From Octopus sinensis (lineage: Eukaryota), in the NCBI RefSeq assembly GCF_006345805.1, contig NC_042997.1:116994001-117058000 (forward strand): a DNA stretch of 64,000 bases, in the 5' to 3' direction. The notes under the pieces are model-generated. The model searched no databases. It was not told where the DNA came from and saw only the letters and a program-made list of their open reading frames with translations. Positions 1-13,090 of the stretch are shown here, in pieces; position 1 is the first letter of the stretch, and the number at the start of each line of letters is the position of its first letter. The translations under genes and the position numbers were made by a program.

Positions 1-16
1 AATTCCCGCTATATAT

Positions 17-430
17 TTAAATACATTGGCGAAGGTAATGACAAGAACACGTTCTATTTAACTTCTTGTGAGAAAAGCGGGTTCTTTGAGTTACAATGGT
101 CATCTGCTGACAGACTTCATTCCAGGCGTTTTCTGGCATCAATAATAATATCTTTAAGAACTGACAGACGTGGTACTGTATTGCTGGATCAGTCTCTTTA
201 TAAATGTCTAGCATGAACAACGAGTGTCGTTGAGTTATAGCTCTGTCCCCAATGTGATTATTAATGTAATTAAAGAAGTTCCAGTTAGATGGAGTTGTTC
301 TGTTTCTGGGGTTTCTTTGTATCCGAATATTTTCATACTTAACGGAATGATTAGGATACTGTGACATGCTTCTCTCTTTTAAATACATTAATGACACCAG
401 TAAAACATGACAACCAATAAAATCTGTCAT
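17..430 (-). CDS. Unassigned 137-aa ORF in non-repetitive sequence; possible exon, decayed TE or chance ORF
   Basis: Longest non-microsatellite ORF in the window with complex composition. No recognisable domain, so an ORF of this length could be chance. Confidence 0.15.
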   Translation of the reverse strand: MTDFIGCHVLLVSLMYLKERSMSQYPNHSVKYENIRIQRNPRNRTTPSNWNFFNYINNHIGDRAITQRHSLFMLDIYKETDPAIQYHVCQFLKILLLMPENAWNEVCQQMTIVTQRTRFSHKKLNRTCSCHYLRQCI

Positions 431-1017
431 GGATTATTAGAATTGGGTTTGCTTAGATTTTACCGAAGCTCCACAGTAGTTGCTACACAAGATAATTTTG
501 TAGTATATGTCTCTTCATATAGAGAGAAAGTAATAAAGAAACATTCCCAAAAGAGAAAATGGCGATTACCATTTTTCTTTTCTAAAGTAGATGGCATAAA
601 TATCAATCTATGTTGTCTTTACCTTCAAAGTATCATATAGGGAAATAGATCACAACGAGTTAACATTTGTTTGATTTCTTTATTTGACTATAAGCAAACA
701 TGCAACAGTTGAAATGCTGGGGAGATCTGTTTATACACAAAAATAAAGGAAGAAATATTTCTACAAGCTCCTAAATTCAGTTTAACTGCTAGACTGTGCT
801 CATGTATACTTTGAAAGAAATAGTAATACACTTTGACAATAGAAAAAGATACACTTAACCATAAAGAGACTCTTTAAATGTGACAAACTATAATCAATGA
901 TAAAAAAATTTCATGCACAAAAACACCGAGCTATCGAATTGCATACATTCGAAAACTGGAAAATGTAGTTCTAGATATAATGTGCCTTACAAAAATGGAA
1001 TGGACTTGAATGGAACA

Positions 1018-1071
1018 TCATTGATCATAAATCTGCTTCATCAGGGATGGACTGAGGTCGAACACAAGAAC
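1018..1071 (-). CDS. Candidate terminal exon (VLVFDLSPSLMKQIYDQ*)
   Basis: Minus-strand (TG)n-cacag acceptor, then a phase-0 open frame to TGA. No homology recognised. Confidence 0.15.
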   Translation of the reverse strand, partial: VLVFDLSPSLMKQIYDQ

Positions 1072-1074
1072 CTG

Positions 1075-1075
1075 T

Positions 1076-1118
<43 letters not shown>

Positions 1119-1140
1119 ACACACACACACACACACACAT
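1075..1140. repeat. (CA)n microsatellite
   Basis: Direct reading. Confidence 0.98.
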
Positions 1141-4029
1141 TAATCGTATCATTTCAAAGGGAAATTGAAATTAATTAAAATTTTCATTTCCAATGGCCTA
1201 ACGTGTAAAAATTTAGTCTCAAAAGACTATGAATTAGTCATAAAATACAGTGTACATTTAAACACATGGGGTATCCTCTAGTGGGTTTCAACACGCTAGA
1301 AAGAACAGCTAACTTCTATAACCACAAAATTATATATAAATATATAAGAGAGTGAGAGGTAATGGTGTCAGTAAGATCCAAAGGTGTCAGGTAATGCTGA
1401 GTAAGTGCTATAAGTAGACCACAGGTAAGCTCCAGGTTCGGTAATTATGCGAAGAGTCCGACGTAGGTCATATATCAGCGTTTTAGTCCGAGAAGATATA
1501 GCGTCAATAACTTTAGTAGGGAATCATAGACTGAGAAGGTTGCGTAGCTGGTGTTCAGATCTTACTCATATAAACTGATGTCAGTAAATTGAATATGATG
1601 TGAGAATGATGGGTGATGGGATGTGTTGCTCTGTAGCCATAGATCTTGGACATACTGTAGGGTAATCTATTAATATTTGTCAATTGCCAAGCTGATGTCG
1701 GCTATTGTACCAGAAATACGCATCCACGACTATCCTCTTATCTCCAGATAAAAAGCCTCTCCTTTTCCTTGATAACATATCAATCTTGGATAATACTAGA
1801 TTCTTGAGATTGTCTCCCATTCTCACTTGGAGCTGGTTTTAATTGCCGTTTAGCAATAGTGATGCATCTTCAAGAGCGGAGATAATTTTATTAAATCAAG
1901 AAATTATGCTGCATTTTTCATAAACCTGTATTTGTCCATGCCATTTAATACAAGGTTGAATAAACTATGCAGTAAACACCACAGAAGAATGAGAGTCCAG
2001 TGTACCAGAAAGACCCAAAAATGGTTGGCATGCAGCTTTTTTAATTGAGAGGATCAGATACTATAGAAACTAAAGAAAAAATAATTTATTGAGTGTTCAT
2101 AATAGAGGGCTTTTAGTGATGGCGTCATCTTGAATGCAAATATTTCCACAATGACAAATGAATAATTTTCTGTCGCACAAAACGTAATATATGCAGTTGA
2201 AAATTTCGACAATTTAACCATTTCACGTTTCAGTTTCTAAGTCACAAATTTGCTTCTAGCTCAATCTTTTATCGCCATCTTGAATGCAATCTTTTGTCGC
2301 CATCACCAACACTATAAAATCATCATAGTATGAAGACCTTGAAGAAATATGCATAAGATATGCACGGTCTTAAAAAAGTATTAAAGTCTTTATAGAGATT
2401 TATGCTGTGAAAGTATATTTATGTTTATTAATGTAACATATTTCATTTGCAAATTGGTTTGTTTAAACTCCAGTTCTACATGATATATTTTAAGCGTTTT
2501 CGTTCTTCATTCTCCACCACCTTTTACATATATATAAGTAAAAGCAAACATTTAAAACAGAATATGTGGAGGCAAACGACTTCATTCGTTTGCTTCTAGA
2601 CTTAATACATAGGTGCATAGCACAGAGTATATTTTATGGTTAGTCTTACAACTATATAGGAATTAGACTTGTTGGTTTATTGGACAGTTTGCGTACTTGG
2701 AAAATACAGTCAGATAACAACTACAAGAAATTGATGTTTATGGATATCTGAATAATTCAATGTATACACTCTGCACTGAATTTACCGTATTGTTAAATGT
2801 ATGGATATTCAGTGTGTGATGTATGAATAAGCAACTCGTAATTAAAAATTGTTCTGTTTTTATTCTAAATATATTTCGAATGGGGAAAATAGTTTATGTA
2901 TTGTTTTTATTTTTACGGATATCAAAACTACAATGCAAAAAAACATTGGTCTATTGTAGAATGTCACAACCGTGAAAATTGGTTAAACCAGCCAAAATCA
3001 ACCAATGCTTCGTTGATTCAGACTAACAGGCATCATTGTTTATAAATATAGAGCAGTTATTCAACAATAGCAGAATGGTCTGACTTGTTTTTTGTGTGTT
3101 AGTATAAAACATATTTAAGAAAGTAAGGCGAGCAGTTATACATCTTCATATCATACAGATATAAAATAGGGAAGACGTTTTGCTTAGAAAATTGTATGTA
3201 TGCATAATACAAACTATATATGTGTCTATGCATGAGCTAGAGTGCACACACACAAGCATACACACGGAGACGCACAATGACTCATATAGACACATATATA
3301 AAGATATACACGCATGTATAAATATACTCAGGTATGCACACATGTTTAGATATATAAGGGAGATCAAGAGAGTAAAAGAGAGATCAAAAACTTTTTGATA
3401 CAGTCACAATGTTTGGAAATTATTTTTACAACATATCTGAAGAGCAAAAGAAAAAAAAACCCGAAGATGATCACACACAAAACTCCCTTCATGCTTTCCA
3501 TCAGGTCTATGTTAATATGTCTTTGAAATATTTTTAGATAATTTTTAAATTTTAAAGAAAATTTAAGCAATTCAGGTAAGATATATGCATGTGTGTGTGT
3601 GTGTGCTTGTACGTATATGTATGTATATACTTTCTTTTATATGTCCATATTGTTCTACATGTCCAATCTTCATATATAATATATATCATTACCTCAACGG
3701 GATAATCATTCAAATTCATTGCCATTCTAATTAAGATTCTCATCTAATTTTGTCAAGTTTTTCTGAAAGATTTTAAATATGAATATGCGACTGCGTTCAT
3801 TTCTTAATCTTCTGCTCTTGACAGAAAGGGAGACGGATATCTTGAAATTAAATTTAATCTTAATAAGCTTTTGAAATCACACAAGATATTTGAAATGATT
3901 GTTTAAACATTTACGTTAAATTGCTAAATATAATCTGAAACTATTATAGCATATGTTGTAAGCATATGGATATAAAAATATACAGATAAACATACAGACG
4001 GATAGGTACATAGGTTATAAGAACAGACA

Positions 4030-4410
4030 AGCACACATACAGCAAATGGAGACTGACACACACTTTACTCCACACAAGGACACATATGGAGACATGGGTT
4101 CACACATATAGAGATGCAATGCACATCCATACATACAAACATGGTACATAGTTGCATAACAGACATGCACGCACAAGGAGACAAAGGTGCATACATATAC
4201 AAAGACACGCTCACACACACACACATAAAAATACACAAACACGTACATACAAGCACATGAATATGCAGGATACATACATACAGATGCACACACACATATA
4301 TACATTTGCATACACACACATATATACATACATACACATGCAAGCATGCATACACAAATACATACGTACATGCATGCATAGGCACACACATGCGCACAAA
4401 CAAACAAAAA
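4030..4410. repeat. Cryptic CA/TA-rich low-complexity tract
   Basis: Degenerate CA/TA/CATA units; source of several spurious C/V/Y/M- and H/T/I-rich ORFs. Confidence 0.9.
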
Positions 4411-5390
4411 AGAACGCAGTGTAAATAATGGACAGAGTCAAGACTATTGAAGAGGTTGCAAGACGAAACGAAAATTTTAGGAAAATATAAATAAGGAATA
4501 AGTGGAAATTTTACCGGTCAGTGTGTTAAATTCTAAGGCACAAAAAGAGAATGACTTTCTCCAGACACAACAGAATATTGTCGACTCGTTTGATTTAATG
4601 TTATAGTGAGACATTTGTAGTCAGCAGTACGTTCTCAATACGCAGGAACGGTGTTTCGATTCCATTTGAAGAAATTTCATTTTCTATACGTAGCACATTT
4701 TTCTTTTCGAGAATTGTAACAATTTCTCGAGTTCCCTTCTTCTCCGATGTAAACAATCTTGCCTTAAGGAATCAATACTATAATCAATAATAATTCTTTC
4801 CGTTAGATACAATGGTCGAAACACGAATGGTCTTCCATACTAATGAGATGGATATTGTTGATGATTATTTTAAACAGTTATCATTTGTAGTTTGATGTCT
4901 GTAAGGAAAAACAAACATGGGGTGGAATTCTAATAGGGTGTTGTGAATTTATAATGGGAATTCTCGACGAAATATTCAGTAGGATACTTAGATGTGCGAC
5001 ACAACAGAGAGGGATGATATGTGGCAGGTGGCGGGTGGTAAGACAGGTGTACGTGATGCATTAGGGGGTTGTTATATAGGTAACTATTTCAGACGCACTA
5101 AGAGCATTGATTATTTATTCTACTTGGTCTTCAAAAATAAAAAAAAAATCAAGTAAATTTGAGTTTATTTATTCCGCTTTTTTTCCTATAAAAATATAGA
5201 ATATTTATCTATAAGAGCTGACGCATAGCAAACTAAATGATCTTCAGTAATGGTATCAATTGAATTAAATAAAAAGGCCCCACAGAGAATCCGAATAAGC
5301 ACCAAGTATTTTGAAATTGCTACATCAAAATAAAACACTGTCGAGGTTTATTACAGAATACTTAGGATGAAGGAAAAACACATTCCAATA

Positions 5391-5745
5391 CGTAGCACTT
5401 GGACAAGTGTCTTCGACTGTGGCGTCTGGTCCAGCAAAGCCTTGAAAATGGATTTGGCAGACAGAAACTGAAAGAAGCTCGACTTTTATGTATGTGTATG
5501 TGTTTTTCATTTGTGTGTGTGTGTCTTTGTGTCTCTGTTTGTCCCCCGCCACCGCTTGACAATCGGCATTGGTGTGTTTTCGTCGCCATAACTTAGCGGC
5601 TTGGCAAAAGAGCCTGAGTAAAGAAGTACCAGGCTTAAAAAAATAAGTACTGGGGTCGATTCATTCGATTAAAAACTCTTCGAGGCCGTGCCTCAGCATG
5701 ACTGCAGTGAAATGGCCGAAGTAAGTAAAAGATAAAAGATAACAG
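5391..5745 (+). mobile_element. SINE family A (tRNA-derived, CORE-like middle, internal microsatellite), 5'-truncated
   Basis: Matches other copies in the window: cttgggcaagtgtcttc...gatttggtagacggaaactgaaagaag...cagcatggccgcagtc...gtaaaaga tail. Confidence 0.85.
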
Positions 5746-5895
5746 ATAGAAGAAAGTAAGAAATAAATGATAAAAACACGTCGTCTATCAAACAAATTGT
5801 TTAATAAATATTGTAGAAACTCTAACTGCTTCCTTCTCTTTGAAGGAATTTTATATTGAATATTGCATCAAATGTAAACAGTGTCTTTGAACTAA

Positions 5896-5955
5896 TTACT
5901 TCTGATAGACTCTTTGAAAGTAGTTTTGAGTAATTTCTGAAAGGTCATGATAGAC
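5896..5955 (-). CDS. Candidate exon (VYHDLSEITQNYFQRVYQK*)
   Basis: Minus-strand ctttcatcatcag acceptor and 19 open codons to TAA. A second frame is also open, so the reading is ambiguous. Confidence 0.12.
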   Translation of the reverse strand, partial: VYHDLSEITQNYFQRVYQK

Positions 5956-6042
5956 CTGATGATGAAAGCCACGTAATCATCACAATACATTTACTTTTAC
6001 AACAATAACCACTGATGTTACCTCATTATAAGATGAACTAAA

Positions 6043-6265
6043 TATATTTCTTTATTGCTCACAAGGGGCTAAACACAGAGGGGACAAAAAAGGACAGACA
6101 AACGGATTAAGTCTATTATATCGACCCCAGCGCGCGACTGGTATTTAATTTATGGACCCCGAAAGGATGAAAGGCAAAACTGACCTCGGCGGAATTTGAA
6201 CTCAGAACGTAACGGCAGACGAAATACGGCTACGCATTTCGCTCGACGCGCTAATGTTTCTGCCA
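6043..6265 (-). mobile_element. SINE family B (tRNA-derived)
   Basis: Reverse complement of ggcagaaac(g)ttagc...gttctgagttcaaattccgccgagg...ccccttgtg...aaagaaata, with box B gagttcaaattcc. Confidence 0.9.
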
Positions 6266-6305
6266 TAACTAAATATAACATTTGAACGAACTAGTTCTTA
6301 CATAC

Positions 6306-6686
6306 TGGAGGCGCAATGGCCCAGTGGTTAAGGCAGCGGACTCGCGGTCGTAGGATCGCGGTTTCGATTCCCAGACCGGGCGTTGTGAGTGTTTATTGAG
6401 CGAAAACACCTAAAGTTCCACGAGGCTCCGGCAAGGATGGTGGTGATCCCTGCTGTACTCTTTCACCACAACTTTCTCTCTCACTCTTACTTCCTGTTTC
6501 TGTTGTATTTCAAAGGGCCCGCCTTGTCACTCTCTGTGTCACGCTGAACATCCCCGAGAACTTCGTTAAGGGTACACGTGTCTGTGGAGTGCTCAGCCAC
6601 TTACACGTTAATTTCACGAGCAGGCTGTTCCGTTGATCGGATCAACCGGAACCCTCGTCGTCGTAACCGACGGAGTGCTTCCAACA
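6306..6686 (+). mobile_element. SINE family C, full length, with target-site duplication
   Basis: tRNA-like head (tggcccagtggttaagg box A, ggtttcgattccc box B) and tail ...gtaaccgacggagtgcttccaaca. Flanked by actag(t/c)tcttacatac on both sides. Confidence 0.92.
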
Positions 6687-7289
6687 ATACTAGCTCTTAC
6701 ATACTAGCTCTCCAACATACTAGCTCTCCAACATACTAGCTCTTACATACGCGCGCGCAAAACAGACACATCACAAACTATTTTTTTCGCTTATGGCTCT
6801 CCATGAAGTCAGATTATAATCAATGTTCTCATTTATGATATTTTTAAAGGACTATATATATATATAAATGCAAGGAAACAACTGTATGAGTGGAGTTGTA
6901 TTTATTTATTAATTTATTCCTATGATTATAGTAAATAAATCTTACTGATGTTTGTCAATTGAATCTCTTTTCCATTTCCTTCCTTGTTTACGTCCACTTT
7001 TGTCTACCTATTATTCAATTGTACTATTGCCTTGCAACAGTAAGCCTTTGAATCTAAATAGGTATCCCTCCAATAGTATATTGGATATTTATTATCTCTA
7101 AACGGTTGTCTAACCTCAAACTCCTATATACTTATATATATACACCCCAATCCTTGATGCACAGCTTCATTTCAACTGGGACGTGAAAATATTTGACTGA
7201 TGAATTCAAGTGCAGATCTATGAGTATGCCGGTATCACTACATTTCATTTGATGCAGAGTGAGTTTATTTTGCCCCACCCCACCATCTT

Positions 7290-7960
7290 TAGTCCCCTTT
7301 AGCAAAAAGACCGCCGAGTCAACTTCTGAAAACGAAGCGTTTTGGTCTTTAAAACACTCCGTCTACTCTCTAGCCAGCGTCAACGACAGTGTGTTTGACG
7401 ACGGACGATTTCACAGAGATGAACAATCTATGTTCGCATCATCTCAGTTGACGTCTATATAGTGTTTATTCAATGTTAGTTGTAATGGTTTAATGCAGTA
7501 CTTGTTTTGTGCGTAATTTCATCCCACCAGGTGGCTTAAGGGATCTTCTAGGTACAGTGAATGACGAAGGCTTTCAGGAACTTAATGCGGTGGCTTGATC
7601 CTTACATAAGTGTGCAAATAGACTCCTGGTAGATAAAAAAAAAGAATTGGTGTGGAGTCTAACAAGGTTATTTAGAAAGGTCCTCTTTTTGAGATTTCTA
7701 AAGGACGCAGATGCCTGTCTGCTACTATCTTGAGTTCCTAGTTCCGGTGTCAAAAATCGTTGAAAGCTCTTCAAACAAAATATGTCAGTTGTTTCCTGTA
7801 TAAGTCTAAAGCTTCCTTGTAATAGAATATTATTCTGATTTTACTCCAGTTTCTGCAGAAGCTGCAGTAGGATGTTTTGTTATGTTGATGGGACAAGTCT
7901 TTTGAGCCTAGGCTTGGAGCGAACAGGAATGGGCATACAGCATAAGCAAGTACACTAACC
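7290..7960 (-). mobile_element. RTE-clade LINE, decayed RT C-terminal fragment
   Basis: Frameshifted translation gives KQLTYF, RQASASFRNLKKRTFLNNLVRLHT, TWWDEITH, RRQLR*CEH. These match RTE motifs (ARASASFGRLRKRVF.., TWRDKI.H, QLRWIGH). Confidence 0.75.
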
Positions 7961-8004
7961 AACACACATGAAAACGAACACACAAGCCATATACATGTGT
8001 GTGT

Positions 8005-8721
8005 GCTATCATCACAGCTCCTCTTCCATGTTTAACAGTTGGAAGAAGGCAGTCTGAGTCAAATGCTTCTTTTGGTTGTCTCCACACGTATAGTCGGCCG
8101 GTAGTCGGAAAAAAGGTAAAGGATGACTCGTCCGAGAAAATAACATTCTCCCACTACTCTAGGGACCAATTCTGTAGGTTTTTACTCCACTCTAAACGCT
8201 TTGCAACGTTTGTTTTTGAAAGTAGTGATTTTCTGATTGCAGCCTTCCCGTCAAATTTTGAGGAAACTGGGGTCTCGAGGTGGTCATTAATCTCTGCAGT
8301 AATTTTGGGAGGTATACTTTTGTGATCCTTTCTAACAATACTCGTAAGAATCTGAAAGTTTTGGTTTTCTTTCAGAGTTTTGTTTCGACGAGGATGTTTT
8401 TCCCTCTTTCTCAAAGGCTGTCATTACTTTCGAGACAGTACTTCTTGATACACCAAACATTTCGGCTGTTTCCGTTACGCTAGCGCCTGCCCTACGAGCA
8501 CCAACAATTTAACCTCTTTGAATGTCCGATAGATCTGTCATTTTAATTACCTTTTTCTGAAGATATCTGAAAAGACAACAGTAATTTTAGCAAATAATAT
8601 TAAGCAACACTAATAATAAATTAAAAAACATAAAAATATACAAGATTTTGACAGTTTTACAGATATTTCAAAATTATGATGCTATGATGCTAGGTGTTTC
8701 CATTATTTTGTCCAACTCCTG
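8005..8721 (-). mobile_element. Tc1-family DNA transposon relic (5' TIR plus N-terminal half of transposase, inactivated)
   Basis: TA-flanked TIR caggagttggacaaaataatggaaacacc (8693-8721) and ATG at 8541. HTH region GARRAGASVTETAEMFGVSRSTVSKV and catalytic motif WENVIFSDESSF...PTVKHG. In-frame stops; 3' half missing. Confidence 0.9.
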
Positions 8722-9231
8722 TATATATATATATATAGGTAGGTAGTGTACAATTGTACTATGCTTACGTTCAAATTAAAGCTCACTCTTCAAGTAATAA
8801 TACCAGGAAACCCATTCGTCTGTTATTTCATATATATCTCTTTGTGTATGTATATACGTACGTATGCTTCTGTCTGTCAATGTCTAATTTCCTCTCCCTA
8901 CATCCCTTCGCCCTCTCTATATATATTTACACTGGTATTAACGTATCGCATAAGTATTAAAGCTAGTCAAACATCGAATCGCACTTCCGTGAACACGATT
9001 TGAGCAATAAATATGATTTATTGCATTTACAATAACTAAGTATCAATTAGGGCTTATTAGTTTCCAGAATCTATATTTCTAGCATGAATAAATGGGCGTA
9101 ATTAGGTTCGAAGAAGCTTAGTCAAGTACATTGTCAACGTATGTAGAACTAGGCATTTTTAACACATGTGCAAACGCAACTTTACGTATCATGAACACCA
9201 TATATACTAGCATAACAAAAGTAATACAGGA

Positions 9232-9235
<4 letters not shown>

Positions 9236-9280
<45 letters not shown>
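9236..9280. repeat. (TA)n microsatellite
   Basis: Direct reading. Confidence 0.98.
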
Positions 9281-9281
<1 letters not shown>

Positions 9282-9622
9282 TAGATATACCACGCATATG
9301 CACAAGCGAAAATTGCGCAACCTACACACACCTTAAATTATACTTTATTTATTAGTTTAATACAATTATCAGTAAATCACATTCGATAAAAATCCTCGAT
9401 TGCTATTAAATGGCAGCCAAATTTGTAAAGGATGAAATGGATTAAGAAACTATTGTAGTCAGCCTTTATGTCTTCTAATATATATATGTTAAAATCTGGT
9501 ATCTCAATCTACTAGTAAGGGTCTACTTCGAAAGGTTATAGTCTGAGACTTCAAGCACGCCCTCATGGCAGCAAACTGATTAATATAAGCATAACTTCAT
9601 ATTTTTATTATTTAATACGTGA

Positions 9623-9834
9623 TTTACTTTCTTTTACTATCTCTTACTTGTTTCAGTCATTTGACTGCGGCCATGCTGGAGCACCACCTTTAGTCGAGCA
9701 CATCGACCCCAGGACTTATTCTTTGTAAGCCTAGTACGTATGCTGTCGGGCTCTTTTGCCGAACCGCTGAGTTACGGGGACGTAAACACACCTCCATCTG
9801 TTGTCTAGCGATGGTGGGGGAGACAAACACAGAC

Positions 9835-9867
<33 letters not shown>

Positions 9868-10023
9868 CGACGGGGCTTCTTTCAGTTACCGTCTACCAAA
9901 TCCACTCACAAGGCTTTGGTCGGCCCGAGGCCATAGTAGAAGACACTTGCCCAAGGCGCCACGCAGTGGGAATGAACCCGGAACCATGTAGTTGATAAGC
10001 AAGCTACTTACCACACAGCCACT
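9623..10023 (-). mobile_element. SINE family A, near full length
   Basis: Head gtggctgtgtggtaagtagcttgc...ggttccgggttcattcccactgcgtggcgccttgggcaagtgtcttc, internal (CA)n and tail. Confidence 0.92.
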
Positions 10024-11344
10024 TACACGTATTTTATTTCCAAACTAATGTTAAACACTTATTCAAAGCATCTCCAGAGCCAATCCATTGACGTACGCAC
10101 CCTTTTTGATAATTATCATCATGAAAAAGTCCATAACCGTTACCCTCTCAAAATCCATCATCTTTCAAACGATAAACGGAAACCATTATCAAGATAAAAT
10201 TCATTATGTGTGTGTGTAATGAATAAAGACATATACGATAATTTCGACAGAGCCTGCTAAAACGGACTCGCTACCAAATTGAAACCTAAAGAGATAGACA
10301 GTAAACGCCACGCCTTAGATAGCTGCGAAGTAGATTTGAAGGGAAATCTAACATACTCTTTCGAGTCAGTTTTTATTCGCCACTATTGTATGCTTCAGTC
10401 CCGTGAAATCATTACTTTCCATCTTGGCAGATGATCTTAACAATGACTGTAAAATCGATGTGCATACACTGGTAACTATATCCTATTTGAACCATCAAGA
10501 TCAGTCGATAGTAATGAGTTTGTGTGAGCTAAACCGAATAAAATGTTTGTCAGACTGAATGAACGCAAGGAAACGTAATCCATCAAGCGTTGAATGCATA
10601 TAAGAAATCATAAACGTGAACAGGGATCTACTTCAGCAAATATAGATGGTTACATTTTGCTTAGGGGATCACAGTATTCTAAAACATCCCGATGTTGCGT
10701 CCCGTACATGCTAATACTACACAATATTAGTCGTTTATTAGCTACTTTATAAAATGAGAGCTTGTAATTCAGGACACTCTGCCAACCCGACTGAATCCAG
10801 AAACATGAATGTAGACAGACTTCTACAACAGCGGTACTTTATAAAACGCACATAAGACAGATTTTATCGATTTATCTTAAAATCCAAACATCAAATAAGC
10901 TACAGATATTTCTGTATTATTGCAATATTGCTCGACCATATATAGTCCAAATTAAATGAATTACTTGATAGTTGTAGTCTTCTGCGAAAGAAAGTCAGAA
11001 AATAAATTAGAAAAAGATATAAATAAAATGAAGTAAATCAAACATTCCTATCCCAAATTTGATAGCTGATGTTTTTCATAATTCATATCTTTGATCTTGT
11101 AAACAAATAGAAAGACTGATCCTACTAGAGTTTGTTAATGCAACTGAGTGGATACAACAGTATGTATTCTGGCATGTAATTGTTTGTTATACCGATACTG
11201 CTTTCCAGAACATGTAAAAGTTTCCCCAACTAAAAACTAAACGAAACCATATCATAATGCTCGAAATAGCGGGAGAAACGTGTATATATATACATTTACT
11301 TTACAGCAATGTAACCATACATGTGGGGTTGGCGATTCATTTTC

Positions 11345-11478
11345 CTTCTTGAACTTTTCTCTTCTCCTTTCCAACGAAGAGCTATGCTCGAAACGTCAAA
11401 AACTCTCTTCTTTCAATGAGCGTCAAATTAATACATTCCTTATGCATGCTCTTGTCTGTTGATTTTATTATTCATTTA

Positions 11479-11480
<2 letters not shown>
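11345..11480 (+). mobile_element. Penelope-like 3' terminus relic with degenerate hammerhead motif
   Basis: ccaacga-a-gagc-tat-gctc-gaaa-c-gtc followed by a pyrimidine-rich tail running into (CA)n. Confidence 0.4.

Positions 11481-11543
<63 letters not shown>
11481..11543. repeat. (CA)n microsatellite
   Basis: Direct reading. Confidence 0.98.
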
Positions 11544-11544
<1 letters not shown>

Positions 11545-12149
11545 TCACATACCTCCCTTTTACATACAGAAACATATGCTCACACAGAGTTGATTAATTT
11601 TCTTCACACATACATATTAGTAGATTGGTGGAATCATTAGACTGTCGGACAAAATGCGTCGCAATATTTTACCCACTTTCTACGTTCTGAGTTCAGATTC
11701 TGTGTCGGGACAACTTGGAAATTGACGATAAAATAAAGTGGCAGACAATATACTCGACTAGCAATTCCCCAAAATTTCACTTCATGACGTCCTTTCACAT
11801 TAAATCAGTTATTCTTTACATTTCTTCCACCTCAGGTACCTGTGTAACCGAAACTGTAGCTTCAAAATGGACATCTGCTCCCTCCAAAACGGTTACCTCA
11901 ACTAGCTGGTGACGAGTTAGTTTTTTTCTCCTAGCTATTGATTAAGAAAATTATAATTTGCTTCATTTTTAATCACATTATTTCTATTTTAATCACATTT
12001 ACTTCAATTTGGCTTAGTATCCTCCTGTGCAGCATCCGTCCCCTCTAGGCCAACCCTAAATATTTTTATTACAGCTTTCCCGAATTCTATAATTATAATT
12101 CAACCTCTAATCTATAATTCTTTCGTCCAAAGACATCCAGCCTGAAAGA

Positions 12150-12900
12150 CGTATCTGCTCCTGCTTTCATTGTACCACTGGTTTCTTCGTCCAGAAATTA
12201 CCCTTCGGAAACGTAATCCTTTTTCCGAATTACTGATCGCTTCGCTTGCATCTACAAAATTGCCATCTTCTGCATCACATCACATGCGACCTCTATGGCT
12301 TCTTATGAATGGAAGGAGCCAGACTGAGATTAGTCGATCATTTAGGAGAGCTTTTGTTGGTTGTCCAACATCATATCAAAGGATCACTGGAACCCGGTGT
12401 CTGCCACATCAGAAATGTCCGAACCACTCCCACCATCACCTTGTTCTTGTGCAGTTTCAGAGTTGACCTTCTTCACAATTTCTTCGTTACTTATTCCTTG
12501 AAAGAAAGTTGATTACCGCAGTATCTATTATCGACACTCATATACTCTATTCAACATCTACACGTACGCTGCACGGCATCCCTTTCTCACTCAACCTGCA
12601 CCATTATATACAAGAGACCGTGTCTAAACCAAACAGTATGTTTCGCTTCTTATTAAATACAGATCATATTATATCAATATCATATATATGTTGTTATATC
12701 AATTACCGAATATATCCTCTAATATCTATATCACACCAATTTTTTATGAATATATCTACCTCCCCAGGCATCGCTAATACGCTACTTTTGCCAATGTCAC
12801 CTGACTAGCAAATCTCTGCCTCCACATATCCCAATTTGCTTCCACGCATTCTGCCCTTGATCGTGCAGACACTTACATGACAAGCTCACATGTTAAATTA
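12150..12900 (-). mobile_element. Old LINE relic, probably RTE clade
   Basis: Purine-rich minus strand with a WFGH motif and a remnant upstream segment resembling RTE ETWP; heavily decayed. Confidence 0.35.
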
Positions 12901-13090
12901 CTTCAATGTATGGCCGATACTAGACCGCCGCTTAACACTCTTTCATTTAATAGAAGCCATTTTCCCTCATCCATTTCATTTTGCTCCTTTAAACAGCCGC
13001 TACTTTAGTTCTCCATGTACATCCATGTTTTTCTGTATTTATCCAGAGCAAACTGTCTGAACCATTGATAGCTCTGTTTATGCTTCCCTA

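Noticed and set aside
1330-1900. GC-richer stretch resembling a decayed LINE
   Set aside because: No diagnostic motif could be recovered in any frame.
5956-5975. CTGATGA followed by GAAA (also CTGATGA at 7197 and on the minus strand near 1040)
   Set aside because: No stem II between the core halves, or no GAAA/NUH in register, so these are not hammerheads.
6306-6380. tRNA-like sequences with box A and box B at SINE heads
   Set aside because: No complete cloverleaf, and each is fused to a repeated SINE body, so they are not tRNA genes.
6688-6750. Short regularly spaced repeats as a CRISPR-like array
   Set aside because: Units are 14-16 bp, contiguous, with no unique spacers and no cas genes, in a eukaryotic context.
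7259-7462. Plus-strand ORF ending ..QLTSI* with a good-looking acceptor, resembling a terminal exon with a PDZ-binding motif
   Set aside because: It is the antisense of the RTE LINE fragment; QLR.GH and neighbouring motifs lie on the minus strand.
9281-9330. CTAG plus partial palindrome next to (TA)n as a Helitron 3' end
   Set aside because: The hairpin is imperfect and no matching 5' end was found.
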